A model generated the notes under the pieces. That model was not told the origin of the DNA. It searched no databases and saw nothing but the letters and a program-made list of their open reading frames with translations. A DNA stretch of 64,000 nt from Azolla caroliniana (taxonomy: Eukaryota > Plantae > Polypodiophyta). Each line of letters begins with the position of its first letter. The first letter of the stretch is position 1. Positions 52,101-64,000 of this stretch are shown here, one piece after another. A program made the translations under genes and the position numbers. The stretch spans positions 10,850,001 through 10,914,000 of the forward strand of contig JBHGNT010000009.1 in NCBI GenBank assembly GCA_043228905.1. The letters run 5' to 3'.

Positions 52101-53248
52101 TGATTGGAGTAATATTTTACATCTTGCCGAGTTTGCATACAACAACACGGTCCACTCTTCTACCAAAGTTACACCTTTCTTTGCCTACACCGGCAACCAC
52201 CACTGGATCTTCCTGAGGTGTTATGAAACCCTAGTGCGGCGCATCACCTCCACTGACTACAACAAATCCAGTTCGAGTTATCATCACATCTTCAGAAAGC
52301 GCAAGCACACCATAAGACCAATGCCAATCGACATCGTCTTAAGTCTCCGTTTAAGGTTGGTGTCTGTGTATGGTTGCTTCGTCATCACATCAAGACTACC
52401 CGAGTGTGTGGTAAGCTTGACTATCAACGCTTAGGTCCTTTTGTCATCACGACACAGATTAATGATGCAACATTTCATCTTAACCTTCCTACACATATGC
52501 GGCTTCACCCTGTCTTTCATAGCTCTCTTTTGGAACCTTGCGGCACCTCTTTAATTCCTAATCGTGTTGTGCCACCACCGCCTTCTGTACAACTTGTGGA
52601 CGGCCCCGAATACGAGGTAGCTGCTATTCTCAATTCTAAGATTGTGAGCAATAAGCTTTATTATCTAGTTGATTGGCTTGGCTATCCTCCGAGTGATCGC
52701 ACTTGGGAACCCATCGATAACGTTTGTAATGCTGAAGCTCTAGTCAACGATTTCCATCGTCACTATCCAAACAAGCCCGCAACAATCACGACAGTCACGA
52801 CACTTGTCATGAACACATGACAATTATTGCATCACCCGGACTTGAACCTTGAACCTTGTAATCCATACTTGAAAACCTCAACCATTAAGATAGCTTATTG
52901 TTATATGAAACAATAAAAGCTAATTCTTGTATTACATTGATTATTGTAAAACCTCTAGATTATTCTAGAATGTTATAGAATGTCCTTGAGCATTCTTGGT
53001 CTAGAACATTCTAGAACATTCTAGAAATCTCTAAGCTATTCTATAGGAACCTATAAATAAGGGCATACATGTATTCTCAAATCAATTCGAATCAACACCA
53101 GTCTTTAGCTCTCATTACATATCTTGTATCCATTCTCTTTCTTTCTCTATCTTATACATCCATTCTTCTCTTAGTATTTCGTTACTTTCTTCTCGTGTTC
53201 TCTAATATCCTTCTTCCATCACTCTATCTTTTATCCTTGGTTCTGACA
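49127..53248 (+). mobile_element. Chromovirus (Tcn1-like Gypsy) with gag deleted and a rearranged 5' LTR
   Basis: RT YLDD, RH EADASNFALG, INT YHPQIDGQTERTNQ and chromodomain EYEVAAIL...YYLVDWLGY..RTWEP. Direct repeat 49127-49430 matches 52792-53095; the 3' LTR ends TTCTGACA at 53248. Confidence 0.92.
49297..49395 (+). promoter_or_regulatory. Heat-shock element array plus TATA box in the chromovirus LTR (second copy at about 52962-53060)
   Basis: aTTCt-aGAAt-gTTCt-aGAAt and aGAAc-aTTCt-aGAAc-aTTCt-aGAAa, followed by CTATAAATA about 25 bp downstream. Confidence 0.7.
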
Positions 53249-54082
53249 ACACCCCAGACGGACCGGCGGGCGAGGAATCAGATACCTCACCGACACCGGA
53301 ACTAGAATTGACAGAGCTGGAAGCCACAAATCGGCCAAGGACTGAGCAAACCCCAACAATCGAAGCAGAGGCGGAAAGACCTCCCACAGAGGAAGAAAGA
53401 CCTCCGACAGAGGAGGCGGAGAGACCTCCAACGAAAGAGGAAGAGAGACCTCCAACGAAGGAGGAAGAGAGACCTCTGACACCACCACCCCGCGTTCCAA
53501 CACCGGACGACGACATGCCGTTTCAATATTCCAAGTACCGGGATGATCTGGACTCAGAGGCCCACGTCTATGCATTTCAGCAGACCTGAGAAGCGAATCA
53601 TGTGTTACAACGCTTAACCGTGGCCGAAGCAGAACACTCAAAGATGGCAGAGTTCGGCATGAACCTGGCGGGGCCCGCCACTAGATGGCGCCTGACGCAA
53701 GATCCCAGTACCATCACGACGTTTGAGGCTTGAAATCTAAATTCTTACATTTTTTTCACAAAGAAGTGGATCAGCGGGAAATGGTCGGCCTATTCTATAC
53801 CATCAGGCAGGAACCCATGGAGAACATTCAACAATTTGTAATCCGATTCCAGAGAATGCACAACCAGCTCAGTCGGGCACCACCGGAGGAAGAGACTAAG
53901 GCGATATTCCTAGCAGCACTCTAGGAACCCCTACGAACGGTGTGCACAGTCATTGATTTCCGCACGAGTTTCGTCGACCAGGTCATAGACCGAGTCAGGG
54001 AAATGGAAAACTCCAGCTCGTGGCTGACGATGGGGGCACTCTAATGAACATTACAAACTTATGAAGACCTCCGCTTTCGACA

Positions 54083-54455
54083 AGCAGTTCAATGTACGAC
54101 TTGCCTGAATGCCGGACATTCGGCGTTAGAGTGCACCATGTGTTCTCAATGCCTGCTTTGCCATTCCAGAAACCACACAATGGATCGGTGCGAGTATAAC
54201 TTGTTGAATCGGCAAGCACCACCGGTCCGGCAAATCGAACCACGGAGCAACCAAGAGGAGGAAGAAGAGCAGTTAAATGTACGACTTGCCTGAATGCCGG
54301 ACATTCAGCGCTGGAGTGCACCATGTGTTCTCAATGCCTGCTTGCCATTCCAGAAACCACACAATGGATCGGTGCGAGTATAACTTGTTGAATCGGCAAG
54401 CACCACCGGTCCGGCAAATCGAACCACGGAGCAACCAAGAGGAGGAAGAAGAGCA
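54083..54455 (+). repeat. 185-bp tandem duplication within the Gypsy gag
   Basis: Copies start at 54083 and 54268, are near-identical, and have AGCA microhomology at the junction. Confidence 0.92.
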
Positions 54456-57400
54456 TTGGCGGCGAGAGAAGCGTTACCGGCTAGCACAAGATGTCCGGTA
54501 TGTTGATCGAAGAAACGCTTATGACCGCGACCGGTATGATAGATATCGGGACTATAATGGGGAACGGAATGAGCGTTACAACCGGGATGACTCCCCTGGT
54601 TACAACCCCCAAACGGAGGACTATGGCAAGTACGACGACTGACTCCGACAGGATTTCCGGAACAAAAAGCATTTCAACAAAAAACAACATTTCAATAAAA
54701 GAGGGGGTCACCAACGGGAGTCGGAACAGGGTACATCAAGCAACCAACCGGACCAAGGCCAAGCACTTCCCACAGGACCTCAACTGGGTGCCGGGGCGAA
54801 AGTAGAATCCAACAACACCCGGAAGGCATACTGCTACTATTGCCGACAAGAGGGACACTACAGTAACCAATGTCCGACGAAAAGTTATGATAAGCGACCA
54901 ACGGTAAACATGGTGGTAGCGGAGGTCGTGGACATACAACAAGTAACCATGAGGGCAGAAGGAAAAGCGACGGAGTGGGAAACCCAAGAAGCCATCTGGA
55001 AGCAGGCCACCGAATGGGTAAAGAAGGCAAATGAGCAGAATGTGCCAGAACTGCAGCAACAAAAGGAGAATCTAGAGGAGCCCACTGGCAATAGCCAGGC
55101 GGAAAACCCAACATGGCAGGTGTTGCAAGAATGCCAAATCACGCTACCATTAGGTCGGCTATTGCAGTTAGTACCTCGGTTTAAGGAAGGACTGAAGACG
55201 GGCATGACTGTGGTCGGCACGCCACCGGCTCCGGCATTCTTTTCTAACCCGGAGGAAGGACTGACGACACGAGCAATCCGGCTATCACAACCATCGTCAA
55301 GGGACAAGAACTACCCGGAACGATTATAGACGGAGGATCCGGCGTGAATGTGATTAGCCTCCGAACTTGTACTACCATGGGAATCTAGGACTGGGAGCCG
55401 TGCTCGTTTTGGCTCCGGATGACGGACACAAGTTCAGTACGACCTACCGGATTGATACGAGAGTTGGAAGTGACGATCGGAGGTCACGCATTCCGCATTT
55501 CGGTAGTAGTCCTCCAACTCAATGCATAAGGAGCATACCCACTGTTGCTGGGCCTACCATGGTTAAAAACAACGCACATCAAGCAAAACTGGCGAAAAAA
55601 CATAATCACGTTTAGGCGCGACAAAGCGAAAGTATGGGTACCTACAAAACCACGTTCAAGTACCGGCAAGGAGCTGACACCGCTGTATGCGGAATGTGTT
55701 AACATGCTTGAGGGATTGGCTGATGAGGAGGTTGATCAGTACTTACAGGAGAATCCAAAAATTGTACCCTTATTTGGAGTGGATGTCGCCGAAGCAGTGG
55801 CACCATACATAATACCGGAGGAGGCCGATGAAGAACCGGATAAGGAAGCCATCAGAGAATTGCGGCAAGCGCAAGAAGCTTTGGAGAAGGAATTGGCAGT
55901 ATCTCAACGCGTAAAAGCCTCTCAGCTGGAAGAGGTAAACCTAGGCACAACAGAAGACGCAAGACCGGTTCACATCGCCAAAGAAATGACTCCCGAAAGG
56001 AAGACGACAACAATCACCTTATTAAAGGAGTTCCGGGACGTGTTCACGTGGTCGTACGAGGACATGCGGGGGCTAGATCCTTAGTTGTATCAACACTAGA
56101 TACATCTGAGTAAGGATGCCAAGCCGGTGGCGCAACGACGCTACCGGATGAACCCTAACTATGCAGCAAAAGTAAAGGACGAGATCCATAAATTGTTACG
56201 AGTAGGGTTCATCCGACCGGTTAAAAAGGCGACATGGTTGAGCCCGATAGTTGTCGTACCGAAAAAGAACGGAAAAATCCGGGTATGTGTCGACTACCGG
56301 AAATTGAATGCGGCAACGGTAACCGATGCCTTCCCACTCCCTTTTATGGATGGAGTCCTGGATGCAGTAGCCGATCACGAAGTTTATAGTTTCCTGGACG
56401 GGTTCAGTGGCTACAATTAGATTCGGATGCACCCCGATGACCAGGAGAAAACCGCTTTTGTTACCGAATGGGGAGTATTTGTCGCCGTAGTCATGATGTT
56501 CGGACTTAAAACTGCACCGACAACCTTTCAGTGAATAATCATGGAGATTTTCGGAGAATTTATTCCAACATTCATGCAGGTGTTCTTAGACGATTTCGCC
56601 GTGTACAACTAGGAAGGGGAACACCTCCAATACCTCCGACTATGTCTTGAGAAATGTAGGGCTTACCGGTTAAGCCTTAACCCGGAAAAATGCGTGTTCG
56701 GGGTGTCAAGCGGTGCCCTACTAGGCCACATTGTTAGCAAGGACGGTATTGTAGTGGACCCAGACAAGGTCAAAGCAATTTTGGAGGCACCGGCACCCAC
56801 CACAGCAAAAGCATTGAGTCGGTTCCTAGGACAAATCCGGTGGCATAGCTGGATGCTCCGGTATCTAGCAGACCTGGCCACGCCATTGCATGCCACGGTG
56901 CACCGGACACCGTTTCAATGGACGGACACAAAAGAGAAGGCTTACCAGGCATTAAAAGTACTACTATCACAAGCATCAGTGGTGCAAACTCTGGATTGGT
57001 CTAACGAATTCCACATATTTGTAGATGCGTCCGACATAGCAATAGGGAGTGCATTAATGCAGCTTACCGAACCCAAGTGGTACTGGCCCGTGTATTATGC
57101 CAGCCGTAAGCTGTCCTAGGTGGAACGGAATTACTCTACGACGGAAAGAGAAGCCTTGGGCATGATCTATAGCGTCACCAAGTTCCGACACTATCTATTG
57201 GGGAGGAAATTTTCCTTTCATGTAGATCATTCGGCACCACTTTACTTGGTCTCGAAAGCATCACTCACGGGTAAGCTGGCCCGGTGGACGCTATTATTAC
57301 AGGAATTTGAGTTCGAGATATTCCACCGACCAGGCATACAACATGCGGTTGTGGATTATTTGAGCCGGTTAGACTCTGGAGAAACTGGGGACGGGGTCGT

Positions 57401-60081
57401 AGACGAATTTCCGGATGCAGCCTTGTTTAGGGTCATAATCGAAACGACAACAGATGGTACGATCGCCGAGGAGGACAAGTGGCTCACTAACATGCACCAA
57501 TTCCTGAGCACTAGATTACCTCCAGAGGAGATGAACAGAGATGAGCGGAAAAGATTAGCAGTATAAAGCCAACACTTCTGTCTACTATAGGACACACTGT
57601 ACCATAAATGTGCGGACGGCATATGGCGGTGCGCAGCGACGAAAAAGACCAAATACTGCGCGAAGCACACCGCGGTGTTGCCGGAGGGCATTATGTTGGG
57701 GAAGTTACGACAGGGAAAATATGGCAGAGTGGCCTATGGTGGCCAACAACATTAAAAGACGCCGTCCGGTATGCTAAAGAATGTGATTTGTGTCAACGGA
57801 TGGGCCAACCAACGGAACAGGCACGAATGCCTCACCAGCCAGTGCTGCCATTGGAACCATTTCAAAAATGGGGGCTGGACTTTGTTGGCCCATTTAAACC
57901 ACCAACAATGAGAACCGGCAACCGATACGTGATTGTCGCTACGGACCACTGCACCAAGTGGGTGGAGGCCAAAGCACTACGTGACAACACTGCGGCATCC
58001 ACGACAAAGTTTTTATATGAATATATTTGGTGCCGGTATGGATGTCCGATTGAGCTAATCAGTGACTAAGGAGGGCATTTCCTAGGACAAGTTGGGTCTG
58101 TCTTCCCTTTTACTTTATTAGCTTCTTTCGACTCAGCAACATCCCTTTCCATCTGTCTTTGCTCTTGTTCTTGTGTCTCATGCCTCTTTGTTGGATCAAC
58201 CTCCTCAACACTCTTTTGCTTCTCTTCCACTAGCACATCTTGTGCATTCACATGGGCGAATGTTGATAGCGCGTCTACTGGATCATTCCATCCAGTGAAG
58301 TTTCGTATTTCATTTCCCACTCTTTTTAATTCATCCACTCAAACCTTCCCTTTTCTTGCATACTCCATGACATCTTGCCAAAAGCCAGATCCACCATATG
58401 AGTCTTCTATGTGCAACCCTAAGGTTGCCACGGATTGTATCATTTGAGTTATTTCTCTCTCGACATCTTCCATTAGCTTTTTCATTCCACCTCGCCTGAA
58501 GTTGAGTTGAAGTGGTTGTCAAGTCTTTGTCAAGTGAACCTTACCATCGTGATAATAGATCTTATCATGATTAAGAGTATCCCTATGTTCCTGATAGTCT
58601 TTCTTCTAATGGTCGATATTGTCACACCACATACACCTTTGGACCATTCCACCTCCTTGCCCTTGCGAGGTCGAGCTTTGTTCTGATTCCAACTTTGTCA
58701 CTTTGATTGACAAGTCTTTCATGCCTTTCACCAATTCATGCAAGAGTGACTCTTCTACTTTCTTCTCTCCCAAGTTGTTCCCCATTTCATCTCCCTTCCT
58801 CTCCGGCAGCTCCATAAACCATAACTTTCTTTTACAAAAATGGGTGCACACCCTTTTCACCTCCTCCCAGTCTTCGGTAAGTCCACTCGGACTATTCTAA
58901 TCTTCCACAAGCATTCCCAAGTCTTTCCTGTCTTTAATATTAGTGGCTTGTAGAAACAATATTACTATCCCTAATATTTAATTGTGCAAATCTTTCATAA
59001 AACTCTTTTAATACTTCTAATATACTTAAATGCTTGTCAAACACTACCTAGTCCATGAAAATGCACCTTGTCATTCGTGATATATTGTTGAGGTTGTATT
59101 CATTTAATAATGCTCTTTCGAAACTTGCCCATGTCTTATGCTCCCTCTGTAGCTCATGGATCCATTCTTGTAGCCCAATTCTAGCAACTCGACTAAAGCT
59201 ATTAATTTTTGCCGCTTCGCTGACAGCTCGTTTAAGCATTTCTTCATTGTAAATCTTCAGAAATCTTGTTAAATTCATTTCTTCGAAGAGTCCTACTCGT
59301 GCAAGAATATTGTCGATGGCTTTGTTGATGATTTCCATCATCCCTTGCTCCCGCATCATTCGTTCCATCATCGTACACATAAGCCTCATTTGGACCTCCA
59401 TTTTTGCTTGTTTATGCCTTCATGTCGATTTCACCAAATATGTCGGGGTAGTTGTGGTTCATGCGGCAAAGTTGCAAGGACTAAGGTTAAAGGGAGTTGG
59501 TTAAATTTTAATAAAGATTATGCGGTGATGTTAGAAAGATTAAGGATAGCAAGAAGAAGAGTTAAAAGTAATGTGTGAGAGAGAGACAAGCATAGATAAG
59601 AATAGAGACAATGTATGATTTAAGAAGCGAAAATGTATTATAAGAACATGTTTTATATTAACAATACAAAATTTTACCAAAGTTACAATGTTCGATCACA
59701 AGATACGACTTCTCTTTTGCCGAACTCTAGATTTGAACCCTTGACTCCAACTTCGAAACACAAGACTCTTCACAAATAAGCTAACTTGTTTAATTGATTA
59801 TTTGATTTTGTAACTTTTTCATGATCCCTTTCTTCTTTCCCCTTCACTCTTTCTATAGGTGCCCCCATGCATATGATGCATGTGAGGGTACAAGACATGC
59901 ATGTAGTGCATGAAATGCATGATCGCCATTTGGCGTACATGCATTACATGTGATGCATGATAGACATCTTGCTTATTTGAGCTCTCATGTATGAAAATAG
60001 AAACGGGATCAGTACAATGATGGAAATATAATTTAATAACAAATAACATAGCCTAGTGGTATATACTTTGTACTTGGTATA

Positions 60082-63000
60082 TGTTGAGAGACAAGCTCAA
60101 CATTTGTGCGTAATACGATGCGTAACCAGTGCGTAGACTGGGTGCATAAAACCGGTACGCAGACCGGTGCGTAGAAAGGCTGTATTGGTGCGTAGACCGA
60201 AAGGACGTTAGAAAGATATTCCTCGTAAGGAATAGTTTTGGGAGTAAGTGTCGAGGCTCATTTATGAGCAGTCAAGTACTGTTAGTACTTGTTTCAGCCC
60301 ACTGTCAGGGCTTGTATAAAAGTGGTCACTGAGCACATCCTATGTACAGATTGAGTAATATTTTTCGAATTTAAGTTCTTGTGTTACTCTCTCTCTGTCT
60401 CTCCCGTGCGTACTGTGAAGACCTAAGCTTTCCATTAAACCTGCGTTTTCTGTTGTTCGGTTTTCATATATTGCTTCCGCACGCCATTCTTTTCATGGTA
60501 TCAGAGCGCTAGGGTTGAGAACCTCTGCAGTTGACTTTGCTTGAAGGAAAAACCAACGAAGAAGAACAAGGAAAACGATGGACAAAGGAATGGCTAGCTC
60601 GCTTCCAACGGAGAAGCTCGACAGAACCAACTACGCATCTTGGTCCTACAAGATGCACCAGTACCTGCTCGGACATGGTTACTGGAGCTATGTCGATGGA
60701 GCAAATGACACAACACCTGATTCGACACACAAAGACTTCCCGACGTGGGAACAATCGGCGAGCAAAGTGCTATACTACTTCGCGTCTTGTGTGGGTGAAC
60801 AGCTGCTAAGCTACGTTCGGGATGCAAAAATGCCGAAGGGTGCATGGGAAAATCTAAAGAAGATTTTTGCCGCGAGCACCACAGCTAGGAAGCTTCAGCT
60901 TCGACAGGAGTTGAGCAACCTATGACAACGCGATTTGTCGGTGGCTAACTATACCTCGAGGATTAAGGACATATGCGACTCCTTAGCTTCCATCGATGTG
61001 AACATCGAGGAAAGCGAGATGGTCCAGGTCTGTCTCGGGGGTTTGGCGTCAAAGTTCGGGGTGTTTCGAACTGCAGTGTGTACCCGGGAGAATATGCCGT
61101 CCTTTTTCGACTTACAGTCGATGCTCCTAGTAGAGGAGAACCATGTGGGTGCGTCGACGAGCATGCACACCAACAACAAGATGTTGTACACGGAGGGAGA
61201 AAGGCCCCGTGGTCGTGGCGAACGAGGCGAGTCGGTATGCAATGGAGGCGGCCGACGGGATGAAGGAAGAACACATCAAAGTGATGCCAACAACAATTTT
61301 GGACCCTCCGAAAACAGGGGGAGTCGAGGCGATGAGAACCAGAAAGGGAAATCCGCCACGGAATGCTGGTACTGTGGCAAGAAAGGCCACAGGGAGAGCG
61401 AGTGCTGGAAGAAGCGCGCCGAGTCGGAGAGGTTTGGTTCCGGACATACCGACAAAGGAAACCGACAGCGATCGCACTACGCCGGAAAAGGGTCAGTCTT
61501 CGTGACGAGACACGAAGCAAACTCAATGAAACAGTCCGCCCCAAAATCAGACGAGGTGTGGTATGTCGACTCCGGCGCGTCAAACCACATGACGTGCCAC
61601 AAGGAGTGGTTCTCATACCTTGAGAAACCGACGCAACCAGGAGTAGTCGCAACTAGAGATGACACTCCGCATCCGATCGCAAATGTCGGTGAAGTTCCCT
61701 TGAGCCATGTTGGGCAGAAAGGGAAACTTATGAACGTGCTACACGTCCTGACCATCACGAAGAATCTGGTGTCATTCGGGCAGATCGTCGACCAGGGGAT
61801 GCAGGTTCGGTTTACGCATCTTGGGTGCTTCATTGAGGAAGAAGGCCGTATTATTGCGCAAGGGCGCAGAGATGGGAGGATGTTTATCCTCCACTCTACT
61901 GACGGTGGCACCGCTATGTTCGTGAAGGGACAAAAAGTCAAGTCGGACATCGACTTATGGCACAAACGGATAGGCCACGTCAACTACCAGCGGCTTCAAG
62001 ACCTGCAATCGAAACAAGTGGTGTTTGGATTGCCCAAATTTAGTGGCCGGAAGGCACAAATTTGTGAAGCCTGCCAGCTTGGGAAGCAACACCGACTTCC
62101 TTTCCCAAATGAGCGTAATCGGAGCCGGAATAAGCTAGACTTGATACATTCTGATGTGTGGGGGCCGACACAAAACATTAGTCTTGGCGGGAGCCGATAT
62201 TTTGTCTCCTTCATCGACGACTACACGCGCCACACGTGGATCTACCTCATTGAGAGGAAAAGCGAAGTCTTCGACTGTTTTCGGGACCTCAAAGGGTTCG
62301 TGGAAACGGAAACAGGAAGAAAGATCAAGTGCCTGCGGTCGGATGGCGGAAAAGAATACTTTTCCGGTCAATTCAACGGTTATCTACAACAGATTGGAAT
62401 TCGACGCGAATTCAGTTGTAGATACACGCCAGAGCAAAATGACGTGGCCGAGAGAAAAAATCGGTCAGTTGTGGAAGCTGCACGCGCAATGCTGGAGGAG
62501 AAGAGCTTGCCCAAGTTCTATTGGGCCGAAGCGGTAAGAACCGCTGTATACATCCAGAACCGGATCGGAGAAAAAGTGTCGGCGCACGAGCTATACTTTG
62601 GAACAAAGCCGAACTTGTGACACTTACGAGTTTTCGGTAGCATTGCGTATGTACATGTGCCGAAGGAGAAAAGGAGGAAGTTGGACGCAAAAGCCAAGAA
62701 GTGTATCTTGGTCGACTATTCGGACGAGCAGAAGGGTTATAAGTGCTATAACCCGCGTACCAAACAACCGCGCGTGAGCCGCGACGTTGTGTTTGATGAG
62801 TCCGCGTCCTGGTACTTGCCTCCGACTCCGGACCTCACCTCCAATCCGAGTTTTGACGATGAGGACAACGAGGCCGAGGTGCCTCCGGCTGAGTTGGAAA
62901 TCGGGACCCCCGAAGAGAGTCCGATTTCGGTTCGGTTAAGTGGACCGAATGGACGATTGAGTCGGTATGACCAGTCCGATGAAGAGCCGGCGAGTAGTGG

Positions 63001-64000
63001 AGACTCGGCTGTGCATTCCCCGCGTAGGAAGCCACGAAGACAAAGGGAAGAAGAAGGTGTCGGATTCCGGCACGGATAGGAACGGGTCGGACCGACGCGA
63101 GTCCGACTTCGAGGGAAGCGGCGACGGGCCTTCAGGAACAAAGTCTGCGTCGGCCGAGAAGACCTCGACATCGGCAAATGACCGATTACGCCGATCTACC
63201 TGCCAAAAGAACCCAGTTGTGTGGTTTGGATACAACGAGTACATGGCACATCACTATGCGTACATGACCCGTGTAGCAGAAGTGCGTGAGCCGGGGAGCT
63301 ATGCAGAAGCGGCGAAGGACGCGAATTGGCGCGCCGCGATGGAGGAAGAGATGCACGCATTGGCGGAAAACGAGACCTGGAATCTGGTTGACGCACCGAA
63401 GGGTGTGAAGCCGATCGGATGTAGGTGGGTGTACAAGGTCAAGTACAACACCGATGGCTCGGTCAACCGATACAAGGCCCGGTTAGTGGCAAAAGGCTAC
63501 GCGCAGAAACACGGCATCGACTACGATGAGACGTTCGCGCCGGTCGCAAAGCTGACGACCGTCCGTGTTTTGCTCGCAGTAGCCACGACCAAGGGGTGGC
63601 ACCTACATCAGATGGATGTAAAGAATGCATTCCTGCAAGGTGAGCTTGAGGACCAAATGTACATAGTACAGCCCCCCGGATTTCACTCCGGACCGAACAC
63701 GTCGGTAGTATGCCGATTGAAGAAGTCTCTTTACGGACTGAAGCAAGCCCCGCGTGCCTGGAATGCAAAAATCACGCATCGGCTGCGTCGGATGGGCTTT
63801 GCGACGTCAAAATCGGACTCCTCGTTGTTCATTCGGAAAGGACAACTCGGGCCGGTCAGTATTTTACTCTATGTTGATGACTTGGTCATCGCCGGCGCTG
63901 ACCTAGGTGAGATCAACCGCGTGAAGCTCCAACTTGCGGCATCATTCGACATGAAGGATCTGGGGGACCTTCATTACTTCCTCGGGATCGAAGTAATCCG
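60082..64000 (+). mobile_element. Copia element running off the window; same lineage as 5892-10899 but with a different LTR
   Basis: LTR 60082-60495; PBS TGGTATCAGAGC at 60496-60507; gag LPTEKLDRTNYASW, zinc knuckle CWYCGKKGHRESEC, WYVDSGASNHM, INT and RT LYVDD. A few premature stops (60923, 62618). Confidence 0.96.

Larger units (their letters stand above)
48379..58090 (+). mobile_element. Gypsy element (5' LTR, gag, PR, RT, RH, partial INT), truncated in the integrase
   Basis: LTR starts TGTTA at 48379 and ends TAACA at 48744 or 48810. Motifs: IDGGSGVNV (PR), RVCVDYRKLN and FLDD (RT), FVDASDIAIG (RH), WGLDFVGPF (INT). No 3' LTR. Confidence 0.9.
46864..60081 (-). mobile_element. Non-autonomous Gypsy-type element (gag and protease only) hosting further insertions
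   Basis: 3' LTR 46864-47576 with PPT GAGGGGTGGG. The 5' LTR starts at 59441 and is interrupted at 60081. PBS TGGTGAAATCGACATGA is similar to the plant tRNA-Trp complement TGGTGAACCCGACGTGA. Gag lies at 58090-59400 (RCMWCDNIDH) and protease-like YPVILGQPY at about 47820. Confidence 0.8.

Noticed and set aside
49162-59788. Functional tRNA genes at the A/B-box modules
   Set aside because: Acceptor, anticodon and T stems are broken, and the modules sit inside LTRs.
60949-63768. Numerous antisense and alternate-frame ORFs over Copia gag-pol
   Set aside because: Expected shadow ORFs of GC-rich coding DNA.

Overview
Land-plant nuclear DNA, probably from a non-seed plant such as a fern (inferred from the TE families and intron style). 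Two host genes lie tail-to-tail. One is the last five exons of an IFRD-family gene (+, 2197-3242). The other is a complete 20-exon nuclear-encoded phage-type organellar RNA polymerase gene (RpoT, -, 33153-16585; about 1090 aa by my manual splicing). Most of the remainder is transposable-element DNA: Copia and Gypsy LTR elements (deeply nested from about 35 kb to the end), LINE remnants, solo LTRs and a Mutator-type MITE. The most unusual signals are: tRNA-like A/B-box modules recurring inside unrelated LTR-type repeats; a chromovirus LTR with a heat-shock-element array and an inverted R/U5 half; an in-frame uORF that mimics the RpoT start; and inverted LINE copies bracketing RpoT catalytic exons. 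All calls are by eye, with no database searches, so I cannot claim that any of this is a confirmed novel system.
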